Positions 27,833 through 37,079 are shown, counted from the first letter of the stretch. The stretch is 64,000 nucleotides of DNA from Candidatus Magasanikiibacteriota bacterium (GCA_026396515.1 JAPLWQ010000003.1:227569-291568), one strand, 5' to 3'. Made by a program: numbers and translations. The notes: generated by a model not told the origin, from the letters alone.

Positions 27833-27840
27833 GATGCGCT

Positions 27841-27866
27841 TTGACATAGCGAAATAATGTGATAAT
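27841..27866 (+). promoter_or_regulatory. Divergent plus-strand promoter for gene 27904 (TTGACA ... extended -10 TGtGATAAT)
   Basis: -35 TTGACA 27841-27846; TGnGATAAT 27858-27866; the spacer is short (14 nt) so it may depend mainly on the extended -10. Confidence 0.35.
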
Positions 27867-27903
27867 CTAAATGTAAGCGAATTAATTTATTATCTTAACC
27901 AAT

Positions 27904-29277
27904 ATGGACAACACGCAAAAAAATGGTACAACGGGCCGGATAATATTTTTTGTATTTCTGGCCGCAGTTCTAGGAGTTTTTTATTATAATACCCGACCGG
28001 AAAAAGTAAATGCGCCCACGAACAAAGAAGTGGCAACTACTGTAGGCGCTCAAATAATTTATGTTGAAGGCTCTGTTGAATATAAAACAAGTGAAGGCGA
28101 ATGGACCAGAGCCAGCGCCAATACAAGCTTACATGAAGGTGATTCGGTTGAAATTGTCGGCGTTGGAAAGGCTATAATTAATATCGACGATGGCAGTGCA
28201 ATTCGTTTAAATAAAAATTCAGCAATTACATTAACCGGTCTTGATCCAAAGCATTTCATAATTACCAATGATAAGGGACAGGCATATACTCGCGTCGTGA
28301 AATCAGAGCGCCTTTTTGATGTTAAGGCAGGAGATACCACTTATCAATCAGTTGGTACGGCGTATAAAACCATCAACGAAGAGAAACTAAAGGGCGTCGA
28401 GGTTTATGAAAACAAGGTTAAAGTTTTAGGTGTTGGAGAAAAGGAAGTGCTTGTAGAGCAGGGTAATAAGTATTATGTCGTGAATACGGCAAACAAGAAG
28501 GCAGAAAAGGTTTTTGCAAAGATTGTTACTGCGGATAAAGATGAATTTGTAAAATGGAACCAGACTGAAGACGCAAAAATGACGGAAGAGGCGGTTGTTG
28601 TGGATCAAGCGGATACAACGGATACCTCTACGGAAAAAAATATTCAGGAAGATAGTCCAGTAATTTCCGATAAGCCGGTGGAAGTCTTGTCTACAGGCAT
28701 TGTTTTAAGTGCTAAAGCGGTCAGCGGAGGAATAAGTTTAAGCTGGTCAGTAACAAATGTTGAAGCGCCAACAGGATTTAAAATAGTAAAAAGCTCGGAA
28801 ATTAATCCGGTTTATCCCGGCAATGATTATATCTACCTGTCGGAAAGCGGGGTAAGGTCATACAAATGGGCCATTGCAGACGGTAAAACCTATTATTTCC
28901 GCGTTTGTCAGTATGTAGAGGGCAAATGCGGTGTCTATAGCAATAATATAAAGTTAACAGCACCAACAGTGCAAAAGGATGCCGGATCCGAAACAGGCAC
29001 GGTAAGTTCAATATCCTTATCTTCACTTGGCAGTGGCCAGGTATTGTGGCGGGTGAGCGGATATTCCGAATTGGGTTATAAAGTGGTTTATTCAAAAAAC
29101 ACTTCACCTGCATATCCCACCAGAGAGGGCGATAAATATCAGTATCTGACCGATCCGAAAACAACATCCGCAACGATTGACGCGTTTAGTGGAGATGGAG
29201 TATACTATGTAAGAGTTTGTGAATATCTCGGCGGAAAGTGCGGGGTGTACTCAAATGAAATTCAAATATCACTTTAA
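27904..29277 (+). CDS. Secreted/membrane-anchored protein: FecR-like domain plus two Fn3-like repeats ending in a conserved Cys pair
   Basis: N-terminal TM; FecR-like segment IIYVEGSVEYK...GDSVEIVGVGKAIINIDDGSAIRLNKNSAITL; repeats ending YYFRVCQYVEGKCGVYSNNI / YYVRVCEYLGGKCGVYSNEI. Confidence 0.45.
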   Translation: MDNTQKNGTTGRIIFFVFLAAVLGVFYYNTRPEKVNAPTNKEVATTVGAQIIYVEGSVEYKTSEGEWTRASANTSLHEGDSVEIVGVGKAIINIDDGSAIRLNKNSAITLTGLDPKHFIITNDKGQAYTRVVKSERLFDVKAGDTTYQSVGTAYKTINEEKLKGVEVYENKVKVLGVGEKEVLVEQGNKYYVVNTANKKAEKVFAKIVTADKDEFVKWNQTEDAKMTEEAVVVDQADTTDTSTEKNIQEDSPVISDKPVEVLSTGIVLSAKAVSGGISLSWSVTNVEAPTGFKIVKSSEINPVYPGNDYIYLSESGVRSYKWAIADGKTYYFRVCQYVEGKCGVYSNNIKLTAPTVQKDAGSETGTVSSISLSSLGSGQVLWRVSGYSELGYKVVYSKNTSPAYPTREGDKYQYLTDPKTTSATIDAFSGDGVYYVRVCEYLGGKCGVYSNEIQISL

Positions 29278-29290
29278 TAAAAAATAATTT

Positions 29291-29824
29291 ATGGATAAAA
29301 ATAAATTAATCGCAATTGTTGTGGCTGTTGTGGCCATAGTAATATTTGGGTATTTCATTTTTTCTTCAAAAAAGGAGTCGATTCCGGCAAATATTGGCCA
29401 GCAAAGCGGTGACATAACCGGCGAACAGCAACCAGTTTCTTCAACTGCAGACACAACCACCAGCACAACATCAACAGCCGCAACATCGACGACAAAATCA
29501 ACCACGCAAACAAAGAAAACAACAACAACAAAGGCTCCGGGCGCCGTAACGCTCTCCTATACGAACGCTTTGAAGACCTATAGCGCCTCAGGCTATCGAT
29601 TCCAGATTATCAACGGCAGAGCATCTCCGGGTACTATGATTGTTAAGCAGGGCAAAACGTTCATGTTGGATAACCGCGACGGCAAATCACACAGTGTTAA
29701 AGTCGGTACTGCTTCGTATAGTATCGGTGCGTATGGATTTGTGATAGCAACTGCAAGAACGCTCGGCACAAATTACATCATGGTTGACGGTATTAGTTCA
29801 TCAAAAATAGAGGTGGAGAAGTAA
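29291..29824 (+). CDS. Membrane-anchored secreted protein with Thr/Ser-rich linker
   Basis: N-terminal TM; TTSTTSTAATSTTKSTTQTKKTTTTK low-complexity linker; C-terminal ~90-aa beta-rich domain. Confidence 0.4.
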   Translation: MDKNKLIAIVVAVVAIVIFGYFIFSSKKESIPANIGQQSGDITGEQQPVSSTADTTTSTTSTAATSTTKSTTQTKKTTTTKAPGAVTLSYTNALKTYSASGYRFQIINGRASPGTMIVKQGKTFMLDNRDGKSHSVKVGTASYSIGAYGFVIATARTLGTNYIMVDGISSSKIEVEK

Positions 29825-29840
29825 TATTTACTTATATTAT

Positions 29841-29874
29841 AAAAATATCCCGACCTAGTCGGGATATTTTTTAA
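29841..29874 (+). terminator. Intrinsic terminator
   Basis: atatcccgac-ctag-tcgggatat followed by tttttt. Confidence 0.6.
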
Positions 29875-29984
29875 TAGTTCACTTTCCTTTTTTCTCTTAA
29901 CTTTTTTGTTCTCGCCCGCAGTTTCATGCCCATCTTAGTGTTTTTTCTGGCATGCTTGATGCGTGCTTTAAGCGCGCTGTTCAT
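29871..29984 (-). CDS. Possible small basic protein (37 aa, 16 Lys/Arg), unannotated; could be spurious
   Basis: ORF MNSALKARIKHARKNTKMGMKLRARTKKLREKRKVNY; below the ORF-track size cutoff; no clear ribosome-binding site. Confidence 0.2.
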   Translation of the reverse strand: MNSALKARIKHARKNTKMGMKLRARTKKLREKRKVNY

Positions 29985-30085
29985 ATATCTTTTTTAATAT
30001 TGATTTTTAATTGAACTGATTATAGCATAGATATAAATATATATCAAGCCTGGCGATTATTATTCTGTTCATAAAGTATACACCA

Positions 30086-30094
30086 TGATATAAT
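30086..30094 (+). promoter_or_regulatory. Extended -10 TGaTATAAT for uppP (leaderless; ATG at 30104)
   Basis: TGnTATAAT match 10 nt upstream of the start codon. Confidence 0.45.
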
Positions 30095-30103
30095 CATAAA
30101 TAT

Positions 30104-30874
30104 ATGACCATATTCCATGCAATAATTCTCGGCATTGTCGAAGGAATTACCGAATTTTTGCCAATTTCATCAACCGGGCACCTCATTCTTGTTTCCGAGC
30201 TTCTTAATCTTGGGAAAACCGCCTTTTTATCAAGTTTTGAGATAGGAATACAGCTTGGAGCGATATTCGCGGTTGTTTTTATATACTTCAAAAGAGTTTT
30301 TGCGCAAAAAATATTATTTAAAACCGTGGCTATCGCTTTTATTCCGGCTGCGGTTATCGGTCTATTCGCCTATAAATTCATTAAATCATATCTACTAGGC
30401 AACGCTCAAGTCGTATTGTGGTCATTGTTTGTTGGCGGAATAGTGCTGATAATCTTTGAGTACTTCCACAAAGAAAAATCCGCCGTAGTTCAGGAGGTTA
30501 GCCAAATAAATTCCAAACAGGCAATTATTATAGGGTTTTTTCAGTGTCTGGCGATGATTCCTGGTGTCTCTCGGTCGGCAGCCACAATTATCGGGGGGTT
30601 AACTCTTGGAATTGGCAGAAAGGCGATTGTGGAATTTTCATTTTTACTTGCCATACCCACGATGTTGGCCGCGACTTCTTTAGATCTTTTTAAGACAGGT
30701 GCATCATTCGCCGGCCGTGAATGGCTTCTACTTGCAGCCGGTTTTGTCTCATCATTCATTGTTGCCTGGTTTAGTGTTAAATGGCTTATAAAATTTATTC
30801 AAAACCATTCATTCATCGGCTTCGGAATATATCGAATTATTATCGCCATATTATTTTGGCTAATCCTATTGTAA
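30104..30874 (+). CDS. uppP: Undecaprenyl-diphosphate phosphatase UppP/BacA
   Basis: EFLPISSTGHL and PGVSRSAATI signature motifs; 8 TM. Confidence 0.85.
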   Translation: MTIFHAIILGIVEGITEFLPISSTGHLILVSELLNLGKTAFLSSFEIGIQLGAIFAVVFIYFKRVFAQKILFKTVAIAFIPAAVIGLFAYKFIKSYLLGNAQVVLWSLFVGGIVLIIFEYFHKEKSAVVQEVSQINSKQAIIIGFFQCLAMIPGVSRSAATIIGGLTLGIGRKAIVEFSFLLAIPTMLAATSLDLFKTGASFAGREWLLLAAGFVSSFIVAWFSVKWLIKFIQNHSFIGFGIYRIIIAILFWLILL

Positions 30875-30926
30875 GCAAATTGATTTTGCGTTATTATTCA
30901 AATATATATTCTAATCAAAAAAATAT

Positions 30927-31379
30927 ATGAAAGTCAGAGAATTAATGGACACAAAATATATCACCATCCCGAAGGGGTCGACTTATGAACAAGTTTTTAA
31001 GATTCTTTATGATAATAATATTAGCGGGGCACCGATTGTGGACGACGGAAAAATTATAGGAATAGTTTCGGAAAAAGATCTATTCCGGGTCTTATTTCCA
31101 TTTTACACCAGCTACTACAATAATCCGGAATTGTATGTTGACTATGAAGAACGGGAGAACAAGGTGGACGAAATAAAAAATCATAAAGTTGATGTATTTA
31201 TGAGCCGGGATTTCGTTTATGTACACCCGGATGATCCGGTGCTGCGGGCCGGAGCGCTTATGCTGGCGAAGCATGTTAGCCGGTTGCCGGTAATTGAAAA
31301 CGGCAAATTAGTCGGTATGATTTGGCGAAGGGACATTTATAAAACAATTTTAAAGCGGAAATTATTGAAGGAAGAATAG
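30927..31379 (+). CDS. CBS-pair domain protein
   Basis: Two tandem CBS motifs (GAPIVDDGKIIGIVSEKDL; LPVIENGKLVGMIWRRDI). Confidence 0.7.
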   Translation: MKVRELMDTKYITIPKGSTYEQVFKILYDNNISGAPIVDDGKIIGIVSEKDLFRVLFPFYTSYYNNPELYVDYEERENKVDEIKNHKVDVFMSRDFVYVHPDDPVLRAGALMLAKHVSRLPVIENGKLVGMIWRRDIYKTILKRKLLKEE

Positions 31380-31423
31380 AGAGATTCCTTCTTTCGAAAA
31401 AAATAATTCGTGTTGAGAAGTCC

Positions 31424-32560
31424 ATGGATGTCATCGCTCACTTTGACGAAATATTTCTCAAAGGCAATAACAAGGGAATGTTTGTTAAAAAGCTGGCAGA
31501 TAATATCCGCCGGCTTTTTAAAGGCGTTACAGTAAAAAGAGTTGAGGGCGGTTTATTGATAGAAAATTTTTGTGAAATTGATTTTGACCGTCTGGCATTG
31601 GTGCCCGGCATTGCTAAGCTCGCGCCGGCGTTGGTTTGTCAGAGAGATATTGATACGATTGAAAAAACTATTTTGGCTATGCCAACAGGGGATTGTATAA
31701 ATAGTTTTCGTATTTTGGCCTCTCGCTCTGATAAAGATTATGAGCATACCTCGGAATATTTGAATATTAAACTCGGGACGGCGGTTCTTAAGAAAAGAAA
31801 ACTGAAAGTTAACCTAAAAAATCCCGACGTTATTTTCCACGTTGACATTGGACGTTCTCGGGCGGTAGTTTATCAAAATTTGTCTGATGGAGCGGGCGGG
31901 CTACCGACAGGCACAGCGGGCCGTGTAATATGTTTACTTTCCGGAGGAATTGACAGTCCGGTTGCGGCCTATGAAATGATGAAAAGGGGGGCGGAATTGA
32001 TTCTGGTTCATTTTCAAAATCAAACGCAAGTTACAGACGATGTATCGCGAAAAATTCTTGATTTGTCAAAAATTTTGGCGCATTATCAACCGGAGATAAA
32101 ATTGATAATCGTTCCTTTTGCGCAATATCAAAAGCAAGTTGTAATGAAAATCCCCGCCGATTCGCGAATGCTAATATCCAGGCGATTAATGTTTAAATTG
32201 TCAGAACTCATAGCCAAGCAGGAAAGGGCCATTGCTCTGATCACCGGTGATTCATTGGGACAGGTTGCCTCTCAAACTCTGGAAAATTTAACGGCAATAT
32301 ATGCGTCGGTAGGGATGTTGAAATTGGCGCCGCTGATCGGAGCGAATAAATCGGACATTGTAAGAATTGCGCGCCGCATTAGAACATTTGATATTTCAAT
32401 CAGACCGTACGAGGATTGTTGTTCGCTGTTTGTCGCCAAACATCCAAAGACAAAATCGCAAACATTTAGCCTGGAGAAACTTGAAAAATTAGTGGATTTT
32501 ACCGGACTTGACAAAGTTTCGCTAATATCATATTATATTAGTATGAATTCACCATTATGA
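31424..32560 (+). CDS. thiI: tRNA 4-thiouridine synthase ThiI
   Basis: THUMP-like N-terminal region; PP-loop LLSGGIDSPVAAY. Confidence 0.8.
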   Translation: MDVIAHFDEIFLKGNNKGMFVKKLADNIRRLFKGVTVKRVEGGLLIENFCEIDFDRLALVPGIAKLAPALVCQRDIDTIEKTILAMPTGDCINSFRILASRSDKDYEHTSEYLNIKLGTAVLKKRKLKVNLKNPDVIFHVDIGRSRAVVYQNLSDGAGGLPTGTAGRVICLLSGGIDSPVAAYEMMKRGAELILVHFQNQTQVTDDVSRKILDLSKILAHYQPEIKLIIVPFAQYQKQVVMKIPADSRMLISRRLMFKLSELIAKQERAIALITGDSLGQVASQTLENLTAIYASVGMLKLAPLIGANKSDIVRIARRIRTFDISIRPYEDCCSLFVAKHPKTKSQTFSLEKLEKLVDFTGLDKVSLISYYISMNSPL

Positions 32561-33141
32561 AAAATGAAGTAGTTTTTGACATCGAAACGCAAAATACTTT
32601 CGCTGAAGTGGAAAATGACATGAAGAAATTTAAGATTTCCGTTGTTTCGGTGTATCGGTATGAAACTGATACCTTTGAAAGTTTTACCGAGAGTGAACTG
32701 GGGAAATTGTGGCCGATTTTGGAAAAGGCTGACAGAATTATCGGTTATAATAGTGAACACTTTGATATTCCGATTCTAATGAACTATTATATGGGGGATT
32801 TAACTAAAATTCCTCATCTGGATATAATGAAAATCGTAAAAGGCAGTCTGGGCATCCGCCTTAAACTTGCTGATTTAGCGGCAGCGACGCTTGACGATAT
32901 TAAAAAAAGCGCTGATGGCCTGCAGGCAGTAAGGTGGTGGAGAGAGGGAAAAATCGATGAAATAAAGAAATACTGTGAACAGGATGTTAATGTGACCAAG
33001 CAATTGTATGAATTTGGGCGCGATAACAGGCAACTATTTTACAAAAGTTTATCCGGAGATGTAGTGCCTTTTGCGGTGGATTTTTCAATTAGTAATGATC
33101 TGCCGGAAAATACTAAAATTAATTTGACTTTACCATTATAA
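32557..33141 (+). CDS. DEDDy-type 3'-5' exonuclease domain protein
   Basis: Exo I FDIETQ, Exo II IIGYNSEHFDIPIL, Exo III YCEQDV. Confidence 0.5.
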   Translation: MKNEVVFDIETQNTFAEVENDMKKFKISVVSVYRYETDTFESFTESELGKLWPILEKADRIIGYNSEHFDIPILMNYYMGDLTKIPHLDIMKIVKGSLGIRLKLADLAAATLDDIKKSADGLQAVRWWREGKIDEIKKYCEQDVNVTKQLYEFGRDNRQLFYKSLSGDVVPFAVDFSISNDLPENTKINLTLPL

Positions 33142-33144
33142 TTT

Positions 33145-33546
33145 ATGCTGACGATGCGCAAGGAGACAGATTACGCCATTCATATGCTCAAATATTTGGC
33201 AAAACAAAAGGCCGGCTTTATCAGTTTGCGTGAATTGGCGAGTGACACGGACATTTCATTTCTATTCCTGCAAAAAATTGCCAGAAAACTCCGTATGTCC
33301 AGGTTAATAAAAGCCGGCGCCGGCGTTTCCGGAGGATATAGCCTAAATATTCCGGCAAAGCGAATATCATTAAAAATGATTATTGAAACGATTGAGGGCA
33401 ATAGCGCCATACTACCATGCTTGTGCGTTAAAAACACATCAACTTGTAAAGGCAGTAATAAAAAATGCATCCTAAAAGCTAAGTTGACAAAAATGAATAA
33501 AAAAATTGGAGATATTTTGGATAAAACAAAACTTACGGATTTATAA
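33145..33546 (+). CDS. Rrf2-family transcriptional regulator (IscR-like, with Cys cluster)
   Basis: Winged-helix DYAIHMLKYLAK..ISLRELA...ISFLFLQKIARKL; Cys ligands CLCVKNTSTC...KC; directly upstream of iscS-nifU. Confidence 0.7.
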   Translation: MLTMRKETDYAIHMLKYLAKQKAGFISLRELASDTDISFLFLQKIARKLRMSRLIKAGAGVSGGYSLNIPAKRISLKMIIETIEGNSAILPCLCVKNTSTCKGSNKKCILKAKLTKMNKKIGDILDKTKLTDL

Positions 33547-33548
33547 TT

Positions 33549-34781
33549 ATGCTTCCCAAACTGAAAAAAATTCGAAATGTATACTTGGACCACGCTGCGA
33601 CGACGCCGGTTGATAAGCGGATTTTTGACGTTATGGAACCGTACTTAACGGAAGAGTTCGGCAATCCATCCGCAATATATAATCTTGGCAGGAACGCCCA
33701 AAAAGCGGTCTCCGATTCGAGAAAAAATGTGGCTAAACTTATGCATGCTCTTCCGGAAAATATAATCTTTACCGGCAGCGGCTCAGAATCTGATAATTTG
33801 GCTATCTACGGAGTCATGAAAGCTCATCAAGGCAAAGGCAAGCATGTCATATCGCTTAGCATAGAACATCATGCTGTTTTGAGGCCGCTTGAAGATCTGG
33901 CGAAAAGTGGTTTCGAGGTTACATATATACCTGTAAAAAATGACGGCCTCGTTGATGTTGATACTGTTATTAAAGCGATTCGATCGGATACCATTCTTGT
34001 AACGATTATGTATGCGAACAATGAAATGGGTGCAATTCAGCCTATTGCCGATATCGGCCGTGAAATATTAAAGTATCGAAAGACGCACAACACGCCATAC
34101 CCATTTTTTCATAGTGACGCCTGCCAGGCATCCGAATATCTGGATTTGGATGTCGAAAAATTGCACGTTGATCTAATGACATTGAATGGCAGTAAAGTGT
34201 ATGGACCAAAAGGAGTTGGCGTTCTGTATTTGCGCAGAGGAGTGCAGATTAAACCGATGATTTTGGGCGGCGGCCAGGAGAAAGGGCGGCGTGCCGGAAC
34301 GGAAAATGTGCCTGCAATCATCGGGTTTGCTAAAGCCCTGGAACTCGCGCAGAAAGAAAAAGACAAAGAATCATCTCGTTTAAGGGCACTAACTGAATAT
34401 TTTTGGAGAAAAATCCGGGAAAATATTACTGACGTACGGTTAAATGGTCCGGAAATTGGGGAAAACCGCTTGCCAAACAATCTGAATATCACCTTTCTGA
34501 ACATTGAGGGTGAAGCAATGCTTTTATACCTGGATGAGTATGGCATAATGTGCTCCACCGGCTCCGCCTGCACCTCGGAATCGCTTGAACCATCCCATGT
34601 ATTGCGGGCGATGGGGATGCCCTATGAAATGGCGCATGGAAGTTTGCGTTTTACATTTGGCCATAGCAATTCAAAAGCCGATATTGATTATGTAATGAAA
34701 ATATTACCCGCTATTGTTGCGCAATTGCGCGAAATCAGCCCGGTCAATATGGGCAGAATCAAGCACGCAAAATTTAAATAA
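33549..34781 (+). CDS. iscS: Cysteine desulfurase (IscS/NifS class)
   Basis: PLP-lysine motif SKVYGPKGVG; active-site loop STGSACTS; 410 aa. Confidence 0.85.
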   Translation: MLPKLKKIRNVYLDHAATTPVDKRIFDVMEPYLTEEFGNPSAIYNLGRNAQKAVSDSRKNVAKLMHALPENIIFTGSGSESDNLAIYGVMKAHQGKGKHVISLSIEHHAVLRPLEDLAKSGFEVTYIPVKNDGLVDVDTVIKAIRSDTILVTIMYANNEMGAIQPIADIGREILKYRKTHNTPYPFFHSDACQASEYLDLDVEKLHVDLMTLNGSKVYGPKGVGVLYLRRGVQIKPMILGGGQEKGRRAGTENVPAIIGFAKALELAQKEKDKESSRLRALTEYFWRKIRENITDVRLNGPEIGENRLPNNLNITFLNIEGEAMLLYLDEYGIMCSTGSACTSESLEPSHVLRAMGMPYEMAHGSLRFTFGHSNSKADIDYVMKILPAIVAQLREISPVNMGRIKHAKFK

Positions 34782-34782
34782 T

Positions 34783-35460
34783 ATGGAAAATAAATCGTTA
34801 AAAAATCGCAATCTGAAAAAACGAGCTGATGTTCGCGCGAAAGACGGCGACGGTTGGTTATATTCGGATATTGTTAAAGACCATTTTTTTAATCCCCGCA
34901 ATTTCATGCGGTACGACGAGGAGGGTAAATTTTTGTCTAACGCCATGGGCAGAGTAGGCTCACCGGCTTGTGGAGATGAAATGGTGTTGTGGTTAAAAAT
35001 TGATCCAAAATCAGAAAAAATTACAGATTGCCGCTGGCGCACTTTTGGCTGCGGTTCCGCCATTGCTTCAACATCTGTAATGAGTGAAATGATTAAGGAA
35101 AAAGGCGGGATGAAACTTGGCGAGGCGCTGAAAATTACGCCCAGTAATATTTTGAAGCGATTGGGGGGGTTACCGGTCCGAAAGGTTCATTGTTCGGTCC
35201 TTGGCGATAAAGCGTTGCAGGCGGCTATAAACGACTATTTCAGAAAAACCAAACAATATGATAGAATTATTACTTCAGGAGCTAAAGTAATTGATAAGGA
35301 TTTAAAAATAACGGATCATGATATTGAAGAGGCGGTGTTGGAAGGAGCGCAGACAATAGAGGATGTGCAAAAAAAGTTAAAAGTAGGGATTGCCAAGCCG
35401 GACTCAAAGGAAGCAATTGAAGAGCTTATTAGGTTTTATTGGGAAAAATATTTTGGTTAA
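34783..35460 (+). CDS. Fe-S cluster assembly scaffold (NifU/IscU N-domain) with C-terminal extension
   Basis: Conserved Cys triad (GSPACGDEM..., FGCGSAIAS..., HCSVLGDKA); start at MENKS, 2 nt after the iscS stop. Confidence 0.75.
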   Translation: MENKSLKNRNLKKRADVRAKDGDGWLYSDIVKDHFFNPRNFMRYDEEGKFLSNAMGRVGSPACGDEMVLWLKIDPKSEKITDCRWRTFGCGSAIASTSVMSEMIKEKGGMKLGEALKITPSNILKRLGGLPVRKVHCSVLGDKALQAAINDYFRKTKQYDRIITSGAKVIDKDLKITDHDIEEAVLEGAQTIEDVQKKLKVGIAKPDSKEAIEELIRFYWEKYFG

Positions 35461-35464
35461 TAAT

Positions 35465-35546
35465 GTCATTGCGAGGAGTTCCGGGCGACGAAGCAATCTC
35501 AAGGATTATGGGATCGCCACGCTCGCCATTGCTCGCTCGCGATGAC
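35465..35546. repeat. Nested palindromic repeat, copy B (intergenic, nifU-ferredoxin)
   Basis: gtcattgcgaggagt..gacgaagcaatc..atggga..ctcgcgatgac; first 15 nt identical to copy A read on the opposite strand. Confidence 0.65.
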
Positions 35547-35560
35547 AATAAATAATTCTT

Positions 35561-35743
35561 ATGACACCAAAGGTGGACAAGGAAAAATGCATCGGTTGCG
35601 GCGCTTGCGTCGCAATTGCGCCCAACACATTTAAAATGGGCGACGATGGTAAGTCGGACATATTAAATCCGGCAGGGGATTCAGAAGAATCAATTAAGCA
35701 GGCGGCCGATGGTTGCCCGGTTCAGGCGATTTCAATCGAATAA
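35561..35743 (+). CDS. 4Fe-4S single-cluster ferredoxin
   Basis: CIGCGACVAIAP...GCP; 60 aa. Confidence 0.7.
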   Translation: MTPKVDKEKCIGCGACVAIAPNTFKMGDDGKSDILNPAGDSEESIKQAADGCPVQAISIE

Positions 35744-35746
35744 TAA

Positions 35747-35783
35747 TAAATACCCGCTTTTGAAGCGGGTATTTATTTTTTTG
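35747..35783 (+). terminator. Intrinsic terminator
   Basis: tacccgc-ttttgaa-gcgggta followed by tttattttttt. Confidence 0.65.
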
Positions 35784-35822
35784 AAATATTTGGCTATAAT
35801 ATAGTCTCATCAATTATACATT

Positions 35823-36767
35823 ATGGAAATTAGCGAGATTATTGTAATCGTTTTAGGCCTCATTTTGTTTGAGGTAATTTCAAGCGTGGATAATGCCGTG
35901 GTTAACGCAGATGTATTATCAACCATGTCTGAAAGGGCAAGACGCTGGTTTTTGCTTTATGGCATCATTATTGCAGTTTTTCTTGTTCGTGGTTTGCTAC
36001 CGCTTCTTATTGTGTATTTTACAAATACAGGACTTGGTTTATACGGGGCGCTCACTGCTACATTCAGCTCTAATCCGCTGGTACGCGAGGCAATTGAATC
36101 GAGCAAGCCTATTTTGCTCGGTGGCGGCGGACTGTATCTGTTATTTTTGTTCTTACACTGGCTTTTTATTGAAACAAAAGAATACGCCTTCTTTTTAGAG
36201 CGGCATATACACAAAAACTACTATTTTTGGTTTTACGCCATTGCCTCAATCGTACTGCTTGCGTTTGTCTGGGCAACAATCAAGATTAATCCGATGATTT
36301 CTCTCGGAGCTGTTATCGGATCAACGGCTTTTTTTATCACCAACGGATTTAAATCAAATGCAGAGGAAAAAGAGCGGGAACTTACGCATAACAGCGGTCT
36401 TTCCGATATGGCAAAAATTCTTTACCTGGAAATGATTGATATGACTTTTTCCATTGACGGCGTACTTGGTGCTTTTGCCTTTACTCTTTCCGTGCCGTTA
36501 ATTATTATTGGCAACGGTATTGGAGCGTTTGTTGTCCGGTATGTTACGGTAAAAGGAGTGAATACAATAAAAAAATACCGCTATCTTAAAAACGGCGCCA
36601 TGTATTCAATCGCTTCGCTCGGTGTGATTATGATGGCTGAAAGTTTAAGTATTCATGTACGTTCGTTTGTTCCGCCGCTTATTACTTTCTTCGTGGTTGG
36701 TTTATTCTTCTGGCTTTCTCTGAGGGAGATAAAAATGCATAAAAAACACCAGGATATCGTAAAATAA
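35823..36767 (+). CDS. TerC/DUF475-like integral membrane protein
   Basis: SVDNAVVNA motif in TM1; ~8 TM. Confidence 0.45.
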   Translation: MEISEIIVIVLGLILFEVISSVDNAVVNADVLSTMSERARRWFLLYGIIIAVFLVRGLLPLLIVYFTNTGLGLYGALTATFSSNPLVREAIESSKPILLGGGGLYLLFLFLHWLFIETKEYAFFLERHIHKNYYFWFYAIASIVLLAFVWATIKINPMISLGAVIGSTAFFITNGFKSNAEEKERELTHNSGLSDMAKILYLEMIDMTFSIDGVLGAFAFTLSVPLIIIGNGIGAFVVRYVTVKGVNTIKKYRYLKNGAMYSIASLGVIMMAESLSIHVRSFVPPLITFFVVGLFFWLSLREIKMHKKHQDIVK

Positions 36768-36771
36768 CATA

Positions 36772-36796
36772 GACCCGCCTAAAGCGGGTCTTTTCA
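36772..36796 (+). terminator. Intrinsic terminator
   Basis: gacccgc-ctaaa-gcgggtc followed by ttttcatatt. Confidence 0.6.
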
Positions 36797-36860
36797 TATT
36801 GCGCAATCGTGATTGTTTAGATATAATCAAGAAAAGGACATTCAACCAAGGAGGAAGGTC

Positions 36861-37049
36861 ATGCGCACGGCTGAACAAGGTGCGGCAACACCCAAAATCG
36901 AGTTACCGGAGCACCTCCAACGTTTGTTTGAGAGAATGCCTCTCGTCAGTATCGGCGACAATGCAGATCTTTCCAAGGAGTCAGTCAATCGGTTCCTCAA
37001 GGTTCTGGACGAAGATGTGGAGAAATTCGCGAACTTCGCGGAACCCTGA
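36861..37049 (+). CDS. Small hypothetical protein (62 aa), GC-rich, strong ribosome-binding site
   Basis: AAGGAGG 6 nt before the ATG (rare in this window); followed by a GC-rich terminator; the ORF-track alternatives 36799/36813 start upstream of the RBS. Confidence 0.4.
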   Translation: MRTAEQGAATPKIELPEHLQRLFERMPLVSIGDNADLSKESVNRFLKVLDEDVEKFANFAEP

Positions 37050-37079
37050 TGAAATGCTACGCTAACTCTCCTACCTCGT

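Noticed and set aside
36799-37065. Alternative overlapping ORF (88 aa) and upstream extension (36813) of the small GC-rich gene
   Set aside because: The strong AAGGAGG RBS is positioned for ATG 36861 in the other frame; the 36799 frame gives a Cys/Arg-rich junk translation.
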